A stretch of DNA of 64,000 nucleotides from Octopus sinensis. Taxonomy: Eukaryota. Position numbers and translations under genes: made by a program. Below are positions 38,194 through 49,361 of this stretch, one piece after another; the first letter of the stretch is position 1; every line of letters begins with the position of its first letter. The notes under the pieces were generated by a model. That model saw nothing but the letters and a program-made list of their open reading frames with translations. It was not told the DNA's origin and searched no databases. Location: NCBI RefSeq assembly GCF_006345805.1, contig NC_043025.1, forward strand, positions 5,890,001 to 5,954,000. Reading direction: 5' to 3'.

Positions 38194-39193
38194 ATTGTAG
38201 ATGTGGTCAATGCTGGTGTTATGTAACTGGTACCTGTGCTGGTTGCATGTAAAAGGCATCCTTTGCATGTTGGGTCTCACGAAGGCCATGACAAATGACC
38301 GGGGCCTTTGGCAATATGCTGTGTATGAGGAGACCCGTTAAGCCAAGGGACATTCTGGTTGTGGCCAATGCTGGCATTATGTAACAAGCATCCTTTAAAC
38401 GTTGGGTCTCACGAAGGCCATGACAAATGACCGGGGCCTTTGGCAATATGCTGTGCTTGAGAAGACCTGTGAAGCCAAGTGAAATCATAGCCATGGCTAA
38501 AACTGGTGTTATGTAACTGGTACCTGTGCTGGTGGTACATAAAAAGCAGCTTTTGAGTGGTAGACTTCACAGATGCAAAGTCACCGATGCTGGTGGCACA
38601 TGAAAAGCTCCTTTCAAGTGTTGGGCCTCACAGAGGCAATGATGAATGACCAATACCTTTGGCATTATGTTGTGCCTGAGAAGACCCATCAAGCCGAGTA
38701 GAATTGCAGTCATGGCAGATACTGGTGTCACACAAATGCACAAATGGCATTCATGCTAGTGGCACATAAAAGCACACATTACACTCTCGGAGTGGTTGGC
38801 ATTAGGAAGGGCATCCCGCCATAGAAACTGTGCCAAATCAGACAGGAGTCTGGTACAGCCTTCCAGCTTGCTAGCCTTGGTCAAACCGTCAAACCCATGC
38901 CAGCATGGATAATGGACGTTAAATGATGATGATGATGATGATGATGATGTAACAAAAGACATCCAAAAATTATAATTAGAGAAAGGCTACTCAATTGATT
39001 GGCAATAAATAATTAACAGGTACTTTCCTGTTTACCTGTCCACAGGTATGCTATCTCTTCTGTCTTTTCTATCACTAATACCATGATTTTTGTTATTCTG
39101 AGCTGCCTGCTCTCATGTCTAGATCGACCCACTCATCTTTCCACCCCTCATTGTTATTGCTGTGTCCACAACCCATCCTGGTTCCACACTTAC

Positions 39194-39361
39194 CCCACTA
39201 TCCTGTCCAGTTATCCCAGAACATCATCCCCCTAAAATTTTTCTCGATGCTCACATCTTTCCTGTAGGTGTTCAGGTGCAACTGCTTAAATGGAACATTG
39301 ACAGCGTCAGCCTCAGCTGCCTGGGATGACCTGCACAGGTCATGAGTGCTGCCCTTCACTC
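39194..39361 (-). CDS. Candidate spliced exon of an unidentified gene
   Basis: Long T-rich tract plus CAG acceptor (AG at 39363-39362), GGG|GTAAGT donor at 39193, 168 nt. One frame is open for 53 codons (VKGSTHDLCRSSQAAEADAVNVPFKQLHLNTYRKDVSIEKNFRGMMFWDNWTG) and then TAG. No homolog recognised. Confidence 0.4.
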
Positions 39362-39525
39362 CTGACACAGGAATTGAAAAAAACAAAAACAAAAACAAGC
39401 CAATTACAAGTGCAAAAAATATAGTGCTATTTCTTCGTTTGGTTTAATGTTTAAGAATAGATTATATCAGCATATGATCACTTTCAAACATCATTGCAAA
39501 ATAGAATGTCTCTATACTTAATCTT

Positions 39526-39556
<31 letters not shown>

Positions 39557-39625
39557 TAATATATATGCATATATACATACATATATGTACATATTTATAT
39601 ACATACATATATGTGTCTATATATA

Positions 39626-40020
39626 TCTATATATATAAAACTGTAGTTGTGTGAGTGTCTGTCCCCTTCGATTTAGATTCCTAACTACTCCCACATTTTG
39701 CGGTGCAGTTTAATCAAATTCGGGTATCTTATAGTCGTGATTCATATCGAGCCCGTCTGGGTATTAGTGCGCGTCTACGATAAGTCTACGTTTTTAAAAA
39801 TAATTTACCATCATTTTTTTTCCATTTTAATGCATTTTTTCGCTATTATATAAGGGAAGTAACTCTTTAAAAATGTCTACGATGAGTCAACAATTTAAAA
39901 AAAATTCCCTTTTTTCCCATTTTTAATGCATTTTTTTGCTATTTTTTGGCTATAACTCTCTAAAAATGCTTATATAGTTATTTCCCTTACAAACCCGAGC
40001 AACGCCGGGCGATACTGCTA

Positions 40021-40021
<1 letters not shown>
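39626..40021 (+). mobile_element. Non-autonomous Helitron family 1, complete (396 bp)
   Basis: A|TC 5' end, GC hairpin cccgagcaacgccggg, CTAG|T 3' end, no TSD. Confidence 0.9.
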
Positions 40022-40063
<42 letters not shown>

Positions 40064-40305
40064 TATATATATATATTACAGAGATGTACTTGCATAGTGA
40101 GTGACTTGATCTGAGATAGTGTACTGGAATGAAAACAATTGCAGCGTGGAAGGTGTTTATAAGCCATTTAAGAAACAAAAAAAAACCATTAGATTCACGC
40201 AAATTTTTTATGGATAACACCATACAAAATTCAGGTGCATCTAAATTAAGTACCATATTCATTTGAATCTAATTGTTGCTGGACTTATATATATAATATA
40301 TATAT

Positions 40306-40336
<31 letters not shown>

Positions 40337-40340
<4 letters not shown>

Positions 40341-40915
40341 TATTGGTGAATTGAAGAAATGGAGCTGAACGCAGATTGAACAGAAATCGTTTTATTTCAT
40401 TCTAACACGTGTTTCGAAAGGCACAAATTACCAAAATCCGATTGAATAGGGACCATATTGTGTCTTTCTCTTCAGGAAGAAAAAAGGAAATCCGTTGGAA
40501 AAACAAAAACAGAACAGAGGCGGAGCAAAAACAAATCGAACTATGCTCCTAAGAGCCCATGGCGAAACTGTTTATCAGTGTATGTTGAGAACCGGTGCTG
40601 AAGAATTCAACGGGTCAGGCATCGGTCAATCATGTGGGTGAGGGTGTATAGATGTTCTTAGTGACCGAGAATAAAGTTCTGACTATTTAAGGAATATTGG
40701 ATGTTTTATAAGGGGCGAGAAAAAATCTACTTAGAGACGTGGTGTGTGTATACTGTTCTATATATGTGTGTGTTGGCGTAGGGTAGAAAACACAATATGG
40801 TCCCATTATTCAATCGGATTTTGGTAATTTGTGCCTTTCGAACACGTGTAGAATGAAATAAACGATTTCTGTTCAATCTGCGTTCAGCTCCATTTCTTCA
40901 ATTCACCAATAATGT
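40337..40915. mobile_element. Penelope-like remnant with inverted ~126-bp pLTR arms
   Basis: 40337-40463 is the reverse complement of 40790-40915. The left arm overlaps an HHR motif. Confidence 0.65.
40400..40478 (-). ncRNA. Hammerhead motif with 11-bp stem II
   Basis: UUC-CUGAAGA-GAAAGACACAA...UUGUGCCUUUC-GAAAC-ACGU-GUU-A-GAA. Stem I is weak and has an extra A. Confidence 0.55.
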
Positions 40916-41159
40916 TTTAATTTCAATTATCCGCACCAACGCACGGTTGCAACGCCAGATTGTTGTACCTCCAACCGTGCTGTTTACTGCTGTGATTTTT
41001 GCTACTAAGGTATCGGTTAAACTTTTGATTAATCTACTACAAGATTATTCATCTTCTATTTCACATAATATATATATATATATATTATATATATATATTT
41101 GTAAAAAATGAAGTTCGAAATGCTGCTGTATTATACAATTTTTAATTTTTATATATACA

Positions 41160-41201
41160 TTATAACATGTTTCAGTTCCTGAAATGAACCTTATCAAAAA
41201 A
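41160..41201 (-). ncRNA. Hammerhead-like motif with U3-A8 core
   Basis: UUUU-UUGAUAA-GGUUC-AUUUCAG-GAACU-GAAAC-AU-GUU-AUAA. Stem I is weak. Confidence 0.45.
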
Positions 41202-41574
41202 GTTATATATAAAAAAGACAGCTCATGCCGTCAAACACAAGAAATTCATTTATAATACACAACGGAGTCAGACATCTTAGAGTTCATGTATAGTTGATAT
41301 ATAGTTTCATGTATAGTTGATATATAGTTTGAAGTATATGTTCAAGTGTTCGATGCAGTGGCCCACGGTGGCGATACGTATTCAATACAAAAAACAGATC
41401 AAAGTGGTGGAAAGCGGTCAATACAGAAGATTGATGTTCCGAAAGAGCGAGGAATTCATTTTTACCTTAAGCACATTGTGATGACCCATGGTGGAAGTTC
41501 GCTGGGTGGTTCTAGTGATTTTTTGTGAAATGCTTGGTTTTATATGCCTGTTAGGTGGTCAATCTAGCGTAGCG

Positions 41575-41905
41575 TGACGTCATCAATGTTTGACCAATCG
41601 TTTCGTTAGGTGGCTTTAATCAAGTGGAACGGGACGTCATCATTATTTGACCAATCGCTGCATTATAACTCCCTCTTGTTTGTTTCCTGTCTTGACCAGT
41701 CGCTTCGTTAGTCAAGCATAGCGGGACGTCACCAGATTCTGCCCAATCACGACTTATAGCTACATTAGATCTGCCCCCTGTCTGTACTTGTTAGGTGACT
41801 ATTCAAGCAGAAAAGGACGTCATCAATATTCTGACCAATGACTGTCCCCTGTTTGTATCCTGTCCATTCTAGCAGAGCTAGACGTCATCAACTTGTTGAC
41901 CAATC
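41575..41905 (+). promoter_or_regulatory. Five CRE-like + CCAAT composite modules
   Basis: GACGTCA starts at 41576, 41633, 41725, 41816 and 41881; CCAAT starts 18, 18, 18, 19 and 19 bp later. Confidence 0.55.
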
Positions 41906-42468
41906 AGAATCGGGTCTGACCCTTAGCTGTATCGTATATACATATATATATTGCATGTGTATGTATATAAATATATATATATATATATTGCATGTGTATG
42001 TATATATATATATATATATATATACATATATATATTGCATGTGTATGTATATAAATATATATATAAAGAATGTAAGTATATATAAGGTATGTTTATATGA
42101 AAAGATTAATGATTCTTTTAAGGAACTATTTTTTCAGGTGTCAATCATAAAGACATTACTCAGGGGTCTTTGAGTTTACTTGCTGATTCTGGTCTGTCTT
42201 CTAAGAAAGGGCTGTGGCATTCTCATCTCTGGTATTCTTTTCACCTATTTCCCTGAGTGTATAGGTGGAGTGTGGGTAAGGGGGTGGTTCGGATTTTGGG
42301 TAGAGTTGCAGGGGGGGGTGATGGGAGAAGGGGGGGGGTACACTGGAGATGAAGTGTGGCATTTATCAGTGTGAATGGGGTGTGGGTGGCATGGGTTAGT
42401 GTGGGATGAGTATGTTGAAGGAATTACTGCCTCAGCAATAAATAACGAAGTGAAGGCTAAAATCCCCA

Positions 42469-42546
<78 letters not shown>

Positions 42547-42550
42547 TAAT

Positions 42551-43219
42551 ATGCAGAATATGTGGAGATGGACAAGAAACAACAAATCATATTATCTCTG
42601 GCTGCCCAGTCCTGGCGAAGAAGGAATATATTTACAGACATGATAGAGTTGGAACCTACATACACTGGAAGCTATGCCAACATTATGGAATAACAACAGA
42701 AAAAAGATGGTATAAGCACACACCAGAAAAGGTCACAGAAAACGAGAAAGCAAACATACTCTGGGATATGCCAATACACACAGATAGAGAAATTAAGGCC
42801 AACAGACCAGATATAGTTGTCAGAGATCATGAAGAAAAAAAATGCTTTCTAATTGATGTATCAATACTGGCAGATGACAACATGTCTCTAAAAGAAATGG
42901 AGAAACTTTCAAAATACAAAGACCTGGAAATGGAGGTAACCAGAATGTGGAATCTAAAAATAGAAACAATTCCTATCATAGTAGGTGCATTAGGCATGAT
43001 AAAAAAATATTCAGACAAATACATAACAAAAACACCAGGACTTACAAACACATATAACATACAGAAAATTGCACTACTAGGCACTGCACACATCCTACGC
43101 AGAACACTTTCCATACAATAACCAGCAGAGCATCACAACAAATTACATCACATACCCAAGGCACACAGAGCTGCGCTCGGTAGTGAAGTGAAAGCACGCT
43201 ATAAAAAATAAAACTACTG
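42551..43219 (+). mobile_element. 5'-truncated R4/Dong-clade non-LTR retrotransposon (CCHC + REL endonuclease + 3' UTR)
   Basis: Uninterrupted ~190 aa: CRICG..ET.NHIISGC (CCHC), RHD, NRPDIVV..IDVSI (PD-(D/E)xK), EKLSKYKDL, PIIVGALG; stop at 43121. (TAA)n on both sides. Confidence 0.9.
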
Positions 43220-43466
43220 AATAATAATAATAATTACGGTGATGTACTTGCATAGCAAGTGACCTGATCTGAGATCGTGTGCTAAAACAAAATTTGGAGG
43301 GAGAGGACTAGTCAATTACATCGACCCCAGTGCATAACTGGTACTTAATTTATCGACCTCCAAAGGATGAAAGGCAAAGTCGACCTCGGCAGAATTTGAA
43401 CTCAGAACGTAGCGATGGGCAAAATACTGCTAATCATTTCGTCCACCATGCCAATGATTCTGCCTT

Positions 43467-43473
43467 AATAATA

Positions 43474-43514
<41 letters not shown>

Positions 43515-43638
43515 ATAATAATAGTGATAATGATAATGATTATAATAATAATAATAATAATGATAATAATAATAATAATCAATAATATAACAATAATCAA
43601 TAATAACAATAATAATAATAATAATAATCAATAATAAC

Positions 43639-43673
<35 letters not shown>

Positions 43674-43765
43674 TAATAATAATAATAATATTAATAATAA
43701 TAACAATAATAATAATAATAATAATAATGATAATGCTGATGATGATGATGATGATGATGATGGAT
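43467..43765. repeat. (TAA)n/(TGA)n microsatellite
   Basis: Read directly. Confidence 0.95.
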
Positions 43766-44107
43766 GATATCAAACTTTCTGGTAAAGATGAATCCCAATT
43801 ACCTTTGCCCATATAATACAATAAATGAATTAATTGCATCGCAATTCTTAACATTTATGTATTAACTTTATTGGGTACTTCACTAGCAGTATATTGGATA
43901 TATGTTATCCCATGGAGGGTTGCATTTACAACTCCTATCTCAATTTGTGTGTGTATATATATATATATATTATATATATATAATATATATACCGGAGTAA
44001 CACATAAAAGTGAAAAACAAGGTGGTAAAAAGAGTACTCAAATACCAGTGGTAGAGTAATTACTTTATTTAAAAGCAGCAGAAAATTCAACAAAACCTGT
44101 TACTCTG

Positions 44108-44207
44108 NNNNNNNNNNNNNNNNNNNNNNNNNNNNNNNNNNNNNNNNNNNNNNNNNNNNNNNNNNNNNNNNNNNNNNNNNNNNNNNNNNNNNNNNNNNNN
44201 NNNNNNN
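44108..44207. other. Assembly gap (100 N)
   Basis: N run followed by homopolymer-rich, low-quality-looking sequence to ~44600. Confidence 1.
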
Positions 44208-44624
44208 ATAACCAAATTCTTGAGAGACATTTTTTTTTGTGGTGGTGGGGGGGGCTTTTTATTTATTTATTTATTTATTTATTTACAATTTAAAAAAAAT
44301 TTTTTTTTTTTAAATTTTTTATTTGAAAATTTTGTTTGTTTGTTTTTTTGGTGGGGGGGGGGGCGGATTTTATTTCCTATTATATTTATTTGTAATTTCT
44401 TGGTTTTTTTTTTTTTGTTTTTATCCTGTGTCGGATCTTTACTTCATTAAATTCCCCTAATTTATTCCGGCAAAAGTTGCACTTTACGACTGGGATTTCT
44501 TGTTTTTAATTTACGCACATAAAAAAAAAAAATATATATATAATGTATATATATATATATAAAAAAAAAATAAAATCATAATAATTATTATGTGCCTCTG
44601 GCACTGAGTTCACACAATTTTGTC

Positions 44625-45511
44625 TACTACTACTACTACTACACCAACTACTGTGCTACTACTACTACTACTACTACTACTACACCAACTACTGCTGCTA
44701 CTAACTACTACTACATCAACTACTGCTGCTACAACTACTACTACTACTACTACTACTACACCAACTACTGCTGCTACTACTACTACTACACCAACTACTG
44801 CTGCTACTACTATTACTACTACTACTACTACACCAACTACTGCTGCTACTACTATTACTACTACTACTACTACTACACCAACTACTGCTGCTACTACTAC
44901 TACTACTACTGCTACTACTACTACTACTACTACACCAACTACTGCTACTACTACTACACCAACTACTGCTACTACTACTACACCAACTACTGCTGCTACA
45001 ACTACTACTACTACACCAACTACTGCTGCTACTACTATTACTACTACTACTACACCAACTACTGCTGCTACAACTACTACTACTACACCAACTACTGCTG
45101 CTACAACACCAACTACTACTACTACAACAATAATAACAACTACTACTACAACAAGAACAAGAACAACTATCACCACTACTACTATTACTACTACTACTAC
45201 TACTACTACTATCACCACTTCGACAACCACTACCACTACCACTACCACCACCATCTCCAGCACCTCCACCTCAAAGCCTATCACCACTGCTACCACCAGG
45301 ATCACTGAACATGGACTACTGTCCCCAGCTTTACTACTATTCCCACCACCACCACCACCACTACCTCTACCATTACCCCTACGCACCTACCCACACACCA
45401 CCACCATCACCTCCACCACCATCACCTCCACCACCACCACCACCACTACTACTACCATTACTCCACCCACACACACATGCACCTACCCACACACTACCAC
45501 CACCACCACCA
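44625..45511. repeat. (CTA)n/(CAC)n compound microsatellite
   Basis: Read directly; it produces the poly-Thr, poly-Tyr and poly-Val ORFs. Confidence 0.95.
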
Positions 45512-46134
45512 CCTCTAAATTTTTGTTAAATGTCCTAATAATTACTTTGTAGATTTGTAACCTATCACTTACAATTTAGCAAGTTGATAACACTGAATGA
45601 CACTTTGGAAAAAAAATTTTTTTTTAATTAACGAGATAAAAATTAAAAAGCAATTCCAGATTACAGACATTTTCACCACCGCAACCACCACCACCACCAC
45701 TGGCACCACTTACATCACCAGTTCCTGCATTTCCTTCGTCACAACCCCCGTTTTTATCCTCAAATCAACAACTCTTCGGGCACCGACTCTGCAATCTGGC
45801 ATCAAAAATAAGTCTGGCTTCGTTCAGTTTCCGTCTACCAAATCTACTCACAAGGGTTTGGTTGGCCCGGGGCTATAGTAGAAGACACTTGCCCAAGGTG
45901 CCACGCAATGGGACTGAACCCGGAACCATGTGGTTTGGAAGCAAGCTTCTTACCACACACCTATATATATATATATAATTATTTAAGTAAACAAATGAAT
46001 TATCTTATTGCGGATAATTCGAAAGATAACCGATACCTGGGTAGCAAACTCACAGCAGAAAGGGCACGGTTGAAGTTACGACCATAGGGCGTAAAATCCG
46101 TGCCTTAGTGCGGAAATTTGAAGTTTTATATATT

Positions 46135-46288
46135 AAGTATAGGAAAGAATGGAACTGAACGAAGATTTAACAAAACTCCTTTATTTTATTTTCGACATAT
46201 GGGACTTTGCAGACTTCGAAACATATGTCGAAAATAAAATAAAGGAATTTTGTTAAATCTTCGTTCAGCTCCATTCTTTCCTATACTT
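46135..46288. repeat. Hairpin with 67-bp arms and 20-nt loop (pLTR-like)
   Basis: 46135-46201 pairs with 46222-46288 with 2 mismatches, and it contains GAAAC-AUAU-GUC. Confidence 0.9.
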
Positions 46289-46312
46289 TATATATATATA
46301 TATAGATATATA

Positions 46313-46358
<46 letters not shown>

Positions 46359-47182
46359 ATTATATATATATATATATATATATATGAGAGGCTTCTTTCA
46401 GTTTCCATCTACCAAATCTACTCACAAGGGTTTGGTTGGCCCGAGGCTATAGTAGAAGATGCTAGCCAGAGGTGCCACGCAGTGGGACTTAACCCGGAAC
46501 CATGTGGTTGGTAAGCAAGCTTCTTACCACACACACCAAAACTCAAACTATCAAATGGTTATTTTTCCAGTGCTTTTTGGGTAAAATTCTGTAGACAAAA
46601 ACAATATGGAAATCATCGTATGTTGTTCACTTATAGAGTTCTCTAGAATTGCCTGGGGTCAACTATGGTAACCCCTCACCATATTGTGGTTCCCCTATTG
46701 CGGTTTATTATTTAAGCTTACGTCAAATCCTCCGTGGGGTTGTTTTGCATTTATAATAAAATAAATATAATAAATATAATATGAATAGGAGGGGCTGTGT
46801 GGTAAGTAGCTTGCTTACGAACTACATGGTTCCAGGTTCAGTCCCACTGCGTGGCACCTTGGGAAAGTGTCTTCTACTATAGCCTTGGGCCGACCAAAGC
46901 CTTGTGAGTGGAATTGGTAGATGGAAACTGAAAGAAGACCGTCGTATATATGTATATCATCATCGTTTAACGTCCGTTTTCCGCGCTAGCACGGGTTGGA
47001 CAGGTCAACCGGGGTCTGGGAAGCCAGAAGGCTCCACCAGTCTGATCTGGCAGTGATTCTACAGCTGGATGCCCTTCCTAACGCCAACTCCGTGAGTTTA
47101 GTGGGTGCTTTTTACATGCCACCGGCACAGGTGCCAGACGAGGCTGGCAAACGGCCACAATTGGATGCTGCTTTTTACGTGC

Positions 47183-47223
<41 letters not shown>

Positions 47224-47814
47224 GTATGTGTGTGTGTGTGTTTATGTGTTTTATGTGTTTTATGTGTTTATGTGTCTATGATTTTCCCCCAACATTGCTT
47301 GACAACCGATACTGGTGTGTTTACGTTTTTGTAACTTAGCGGTTCAGCAAAAGAGACCGATAGAATAAGTATTAGGCTTGCAAAACTGTAGTAGAAGATG
47401 AAGTGAAAGTAGCATAACTATGTCATCAAGAGTATAATGTCCCTTGAAGCAACGATCATTGGTATTTGTTATTTACCTATGAGAAGGTGTTTTCGTCAAA
47501 TAGGAGTGGCATTACTCATTATGTGGAAAATTTAAAGAGTGTATGGCCATCTCTTGAACATTAGTGATGTATGTTCCGAACATGAACGAAATCGGATAAA
47601 AAATATTGATTTTTAAGGAGAATCAAGAAAAAGGCCTATACATACACACACATCTTCCATTTTATTTTATACACATACATATATATATATATATGCATAT
47701 ACACACACATATACATATACATTACACATGCACACAAACACATACAATCGATATATATATATATATAAATATATATAAAATATATATATGTATATATATT
47801 TTTTCTTTTTTTTT

Positions 47815-48191
47815 TCCTTGTTTCAGTCATTTTGACTGCGGCAATGCTGGAGCACCGCCTTTAATCGAGCAACTCGACCCCGGGACTTATTCTTTTGTAA
47901 GCCCAGTACTTATTCTATCGGTCTCTTTTGCCGAACCGCTAAGTAACGGGGGCATAAACACACAATGCTAGGGGGACAAACACACACACACAAACATACA
48001 CACACACACATATATATATACATATATACGACGGGCTTCTTTCAGTTTCCGTCTACCAAATCCACTCACAAGGCTTTGGTCGGCCCAAGGCTATAGTAGA
48101 AGACACTTGCCCAAGGTGCCACGCAGTGGGACTGAACCCGGAACCATGTGGTTGGTTAGCAAGCTACCTATCACACAGCCACTCCTGCGCC
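47815..48191 (-). mobile_element. SINE family A
   Basis: Tail-to-head match. Confidence 0.85.
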
Positions 48192-48574
48192 TATATGTAT
48201 ATATATATATGTATATATATACATGCTGACTGAGCAAAAACAGAAAGTTAAGGATACACGTGTCTTGGCAATATTCAACCACTCATGCTATAAGGAGGGT
48301 TATACCAGTAGTTCAAAGTTCTCGCTATGGCAGATGCAGTGTCACACTAATTCAACAAGAGTATTACGCTAAGAGTAGACAAGTGTTTGGAATACTCAGT
48401 CACTTAGAAATTAATTTTACAAGTCAGACAATCAGTTGATCAAGCAGCTGATTCACTGACCATCGTCAGAACCTATGGAGATTGTTAAACTAATGTGTTT
48501 TCACTCTGAATTCAATACATTAAAGTATGAAGGAGACTTGAAGGAATTTCCTGACTGCTGTTTCTAGCAGTTAA

Positions 48575-49361
48575 AGGTGGCGAGCTGGCAGAAACGTTAG
48601 CACGCCGGGCAAAATGCTTAGCGGTATTTTGTCTGCCATTACGTTCTGAGTTCAAATTCTGCCGAGGTCAACTTTGCCTTTCATCCTTTCGGGGTTGATT
48701 AAATAAGTACCAGTTACACACTGGGGTCGATTTAATCGACTTAATCCGTTTGTCTGTCCCTGTTTGTCCTCTCTGTTTAGCCCCTTGTGGGTAGTAAAGA
48801 AATAGGTATTTCGTCTGCCGTTACGTTCTGAGTTCAAATTCCGCCTAGGTCAACTTTGCCTTTCATCCTTTCGGGGTCAATAAATTAAGTACCAGTTACG
48901 CACTGGGGTCGATGTAATCGACTTAATATCTATGTCTGTCCTTGTTTATCCTCTCTGTGTTTAGCCCCTTGTGGGTAGTAAAGAAATAGGTATTTCGTCT
49001 GCTGCTACGTTCTGAGTTCAAATTCCACCGAGGTCGACTTTGCCTTTCATCCTTTTGGGGTCGATTAAATAAGTACCTGTTACGTACTGGGGTTGATATA
49101 ATCAACTTAATCCATTTGTCTGTCCTTGTTTGTCCTCTCTGTGTTTAGCCCCTTGTGGGTAGTAAAGAAATAGGTATTTCGTCTACCGTTACGTTCTGAG
49201 TTCAAATTTCGCCGAGGTCGACTTTGCCATTCATCCTTTCGGGGTCGATTAAATAAGTACCAGTTACGCACTGGGGTTGATATAATCGACTTAATCCGTT
49301 TGTCTGTCCTTGTTTGTCCTCTCTGTGTTTAGCCCCTATTGGGTAGTAAAGAAAATAGGTA
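48575..49361 (+). mobile_element. SINE family B tetramer with TSD
   Basis: One head plus four bodies. The 14-bp TSD tttctagcagttaa is at 48561-48574 and 49362-49375. Confidence 0.9.

Larger units (their letters stand above)
37180..38950 (+). mobile_element. RTE-tailed repeat (family E) with internal tandem units, interrupted by two SINEs
   Basis: Ends ...tcggagtggttggcattaggaagggcatcc...ggacgttaaatgatgatgatg. Internal ~120-170-bp units contain gcaatatgctgtg..gagaagacc. Confidence 0.65.

Noticed and set aside
39021-39051. Recursive-splicing-like CAG|GTATG after a pyrimidine tract
   Set aside because: Single instance on the strand opposite the best exon candidate, and expected by chance.
41345-41500. 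Decayed GIY-YIG C-terminus (RKSEEFIFTLSTL)
   Set aside because: Only a faint recalled resemblance with stops; it needs an HMM search.
42270-42340. G-quadruplex-capable G-runs (also C-runs at 20320-20580)
   Set aside because: Low-complexity tracts with no functional context.
44592-45552. Poly-Thr mucin-like ORF (310 aa)
   Set aside because: It is a (CTA)n/(CAC)n microsatellite next to a gap.
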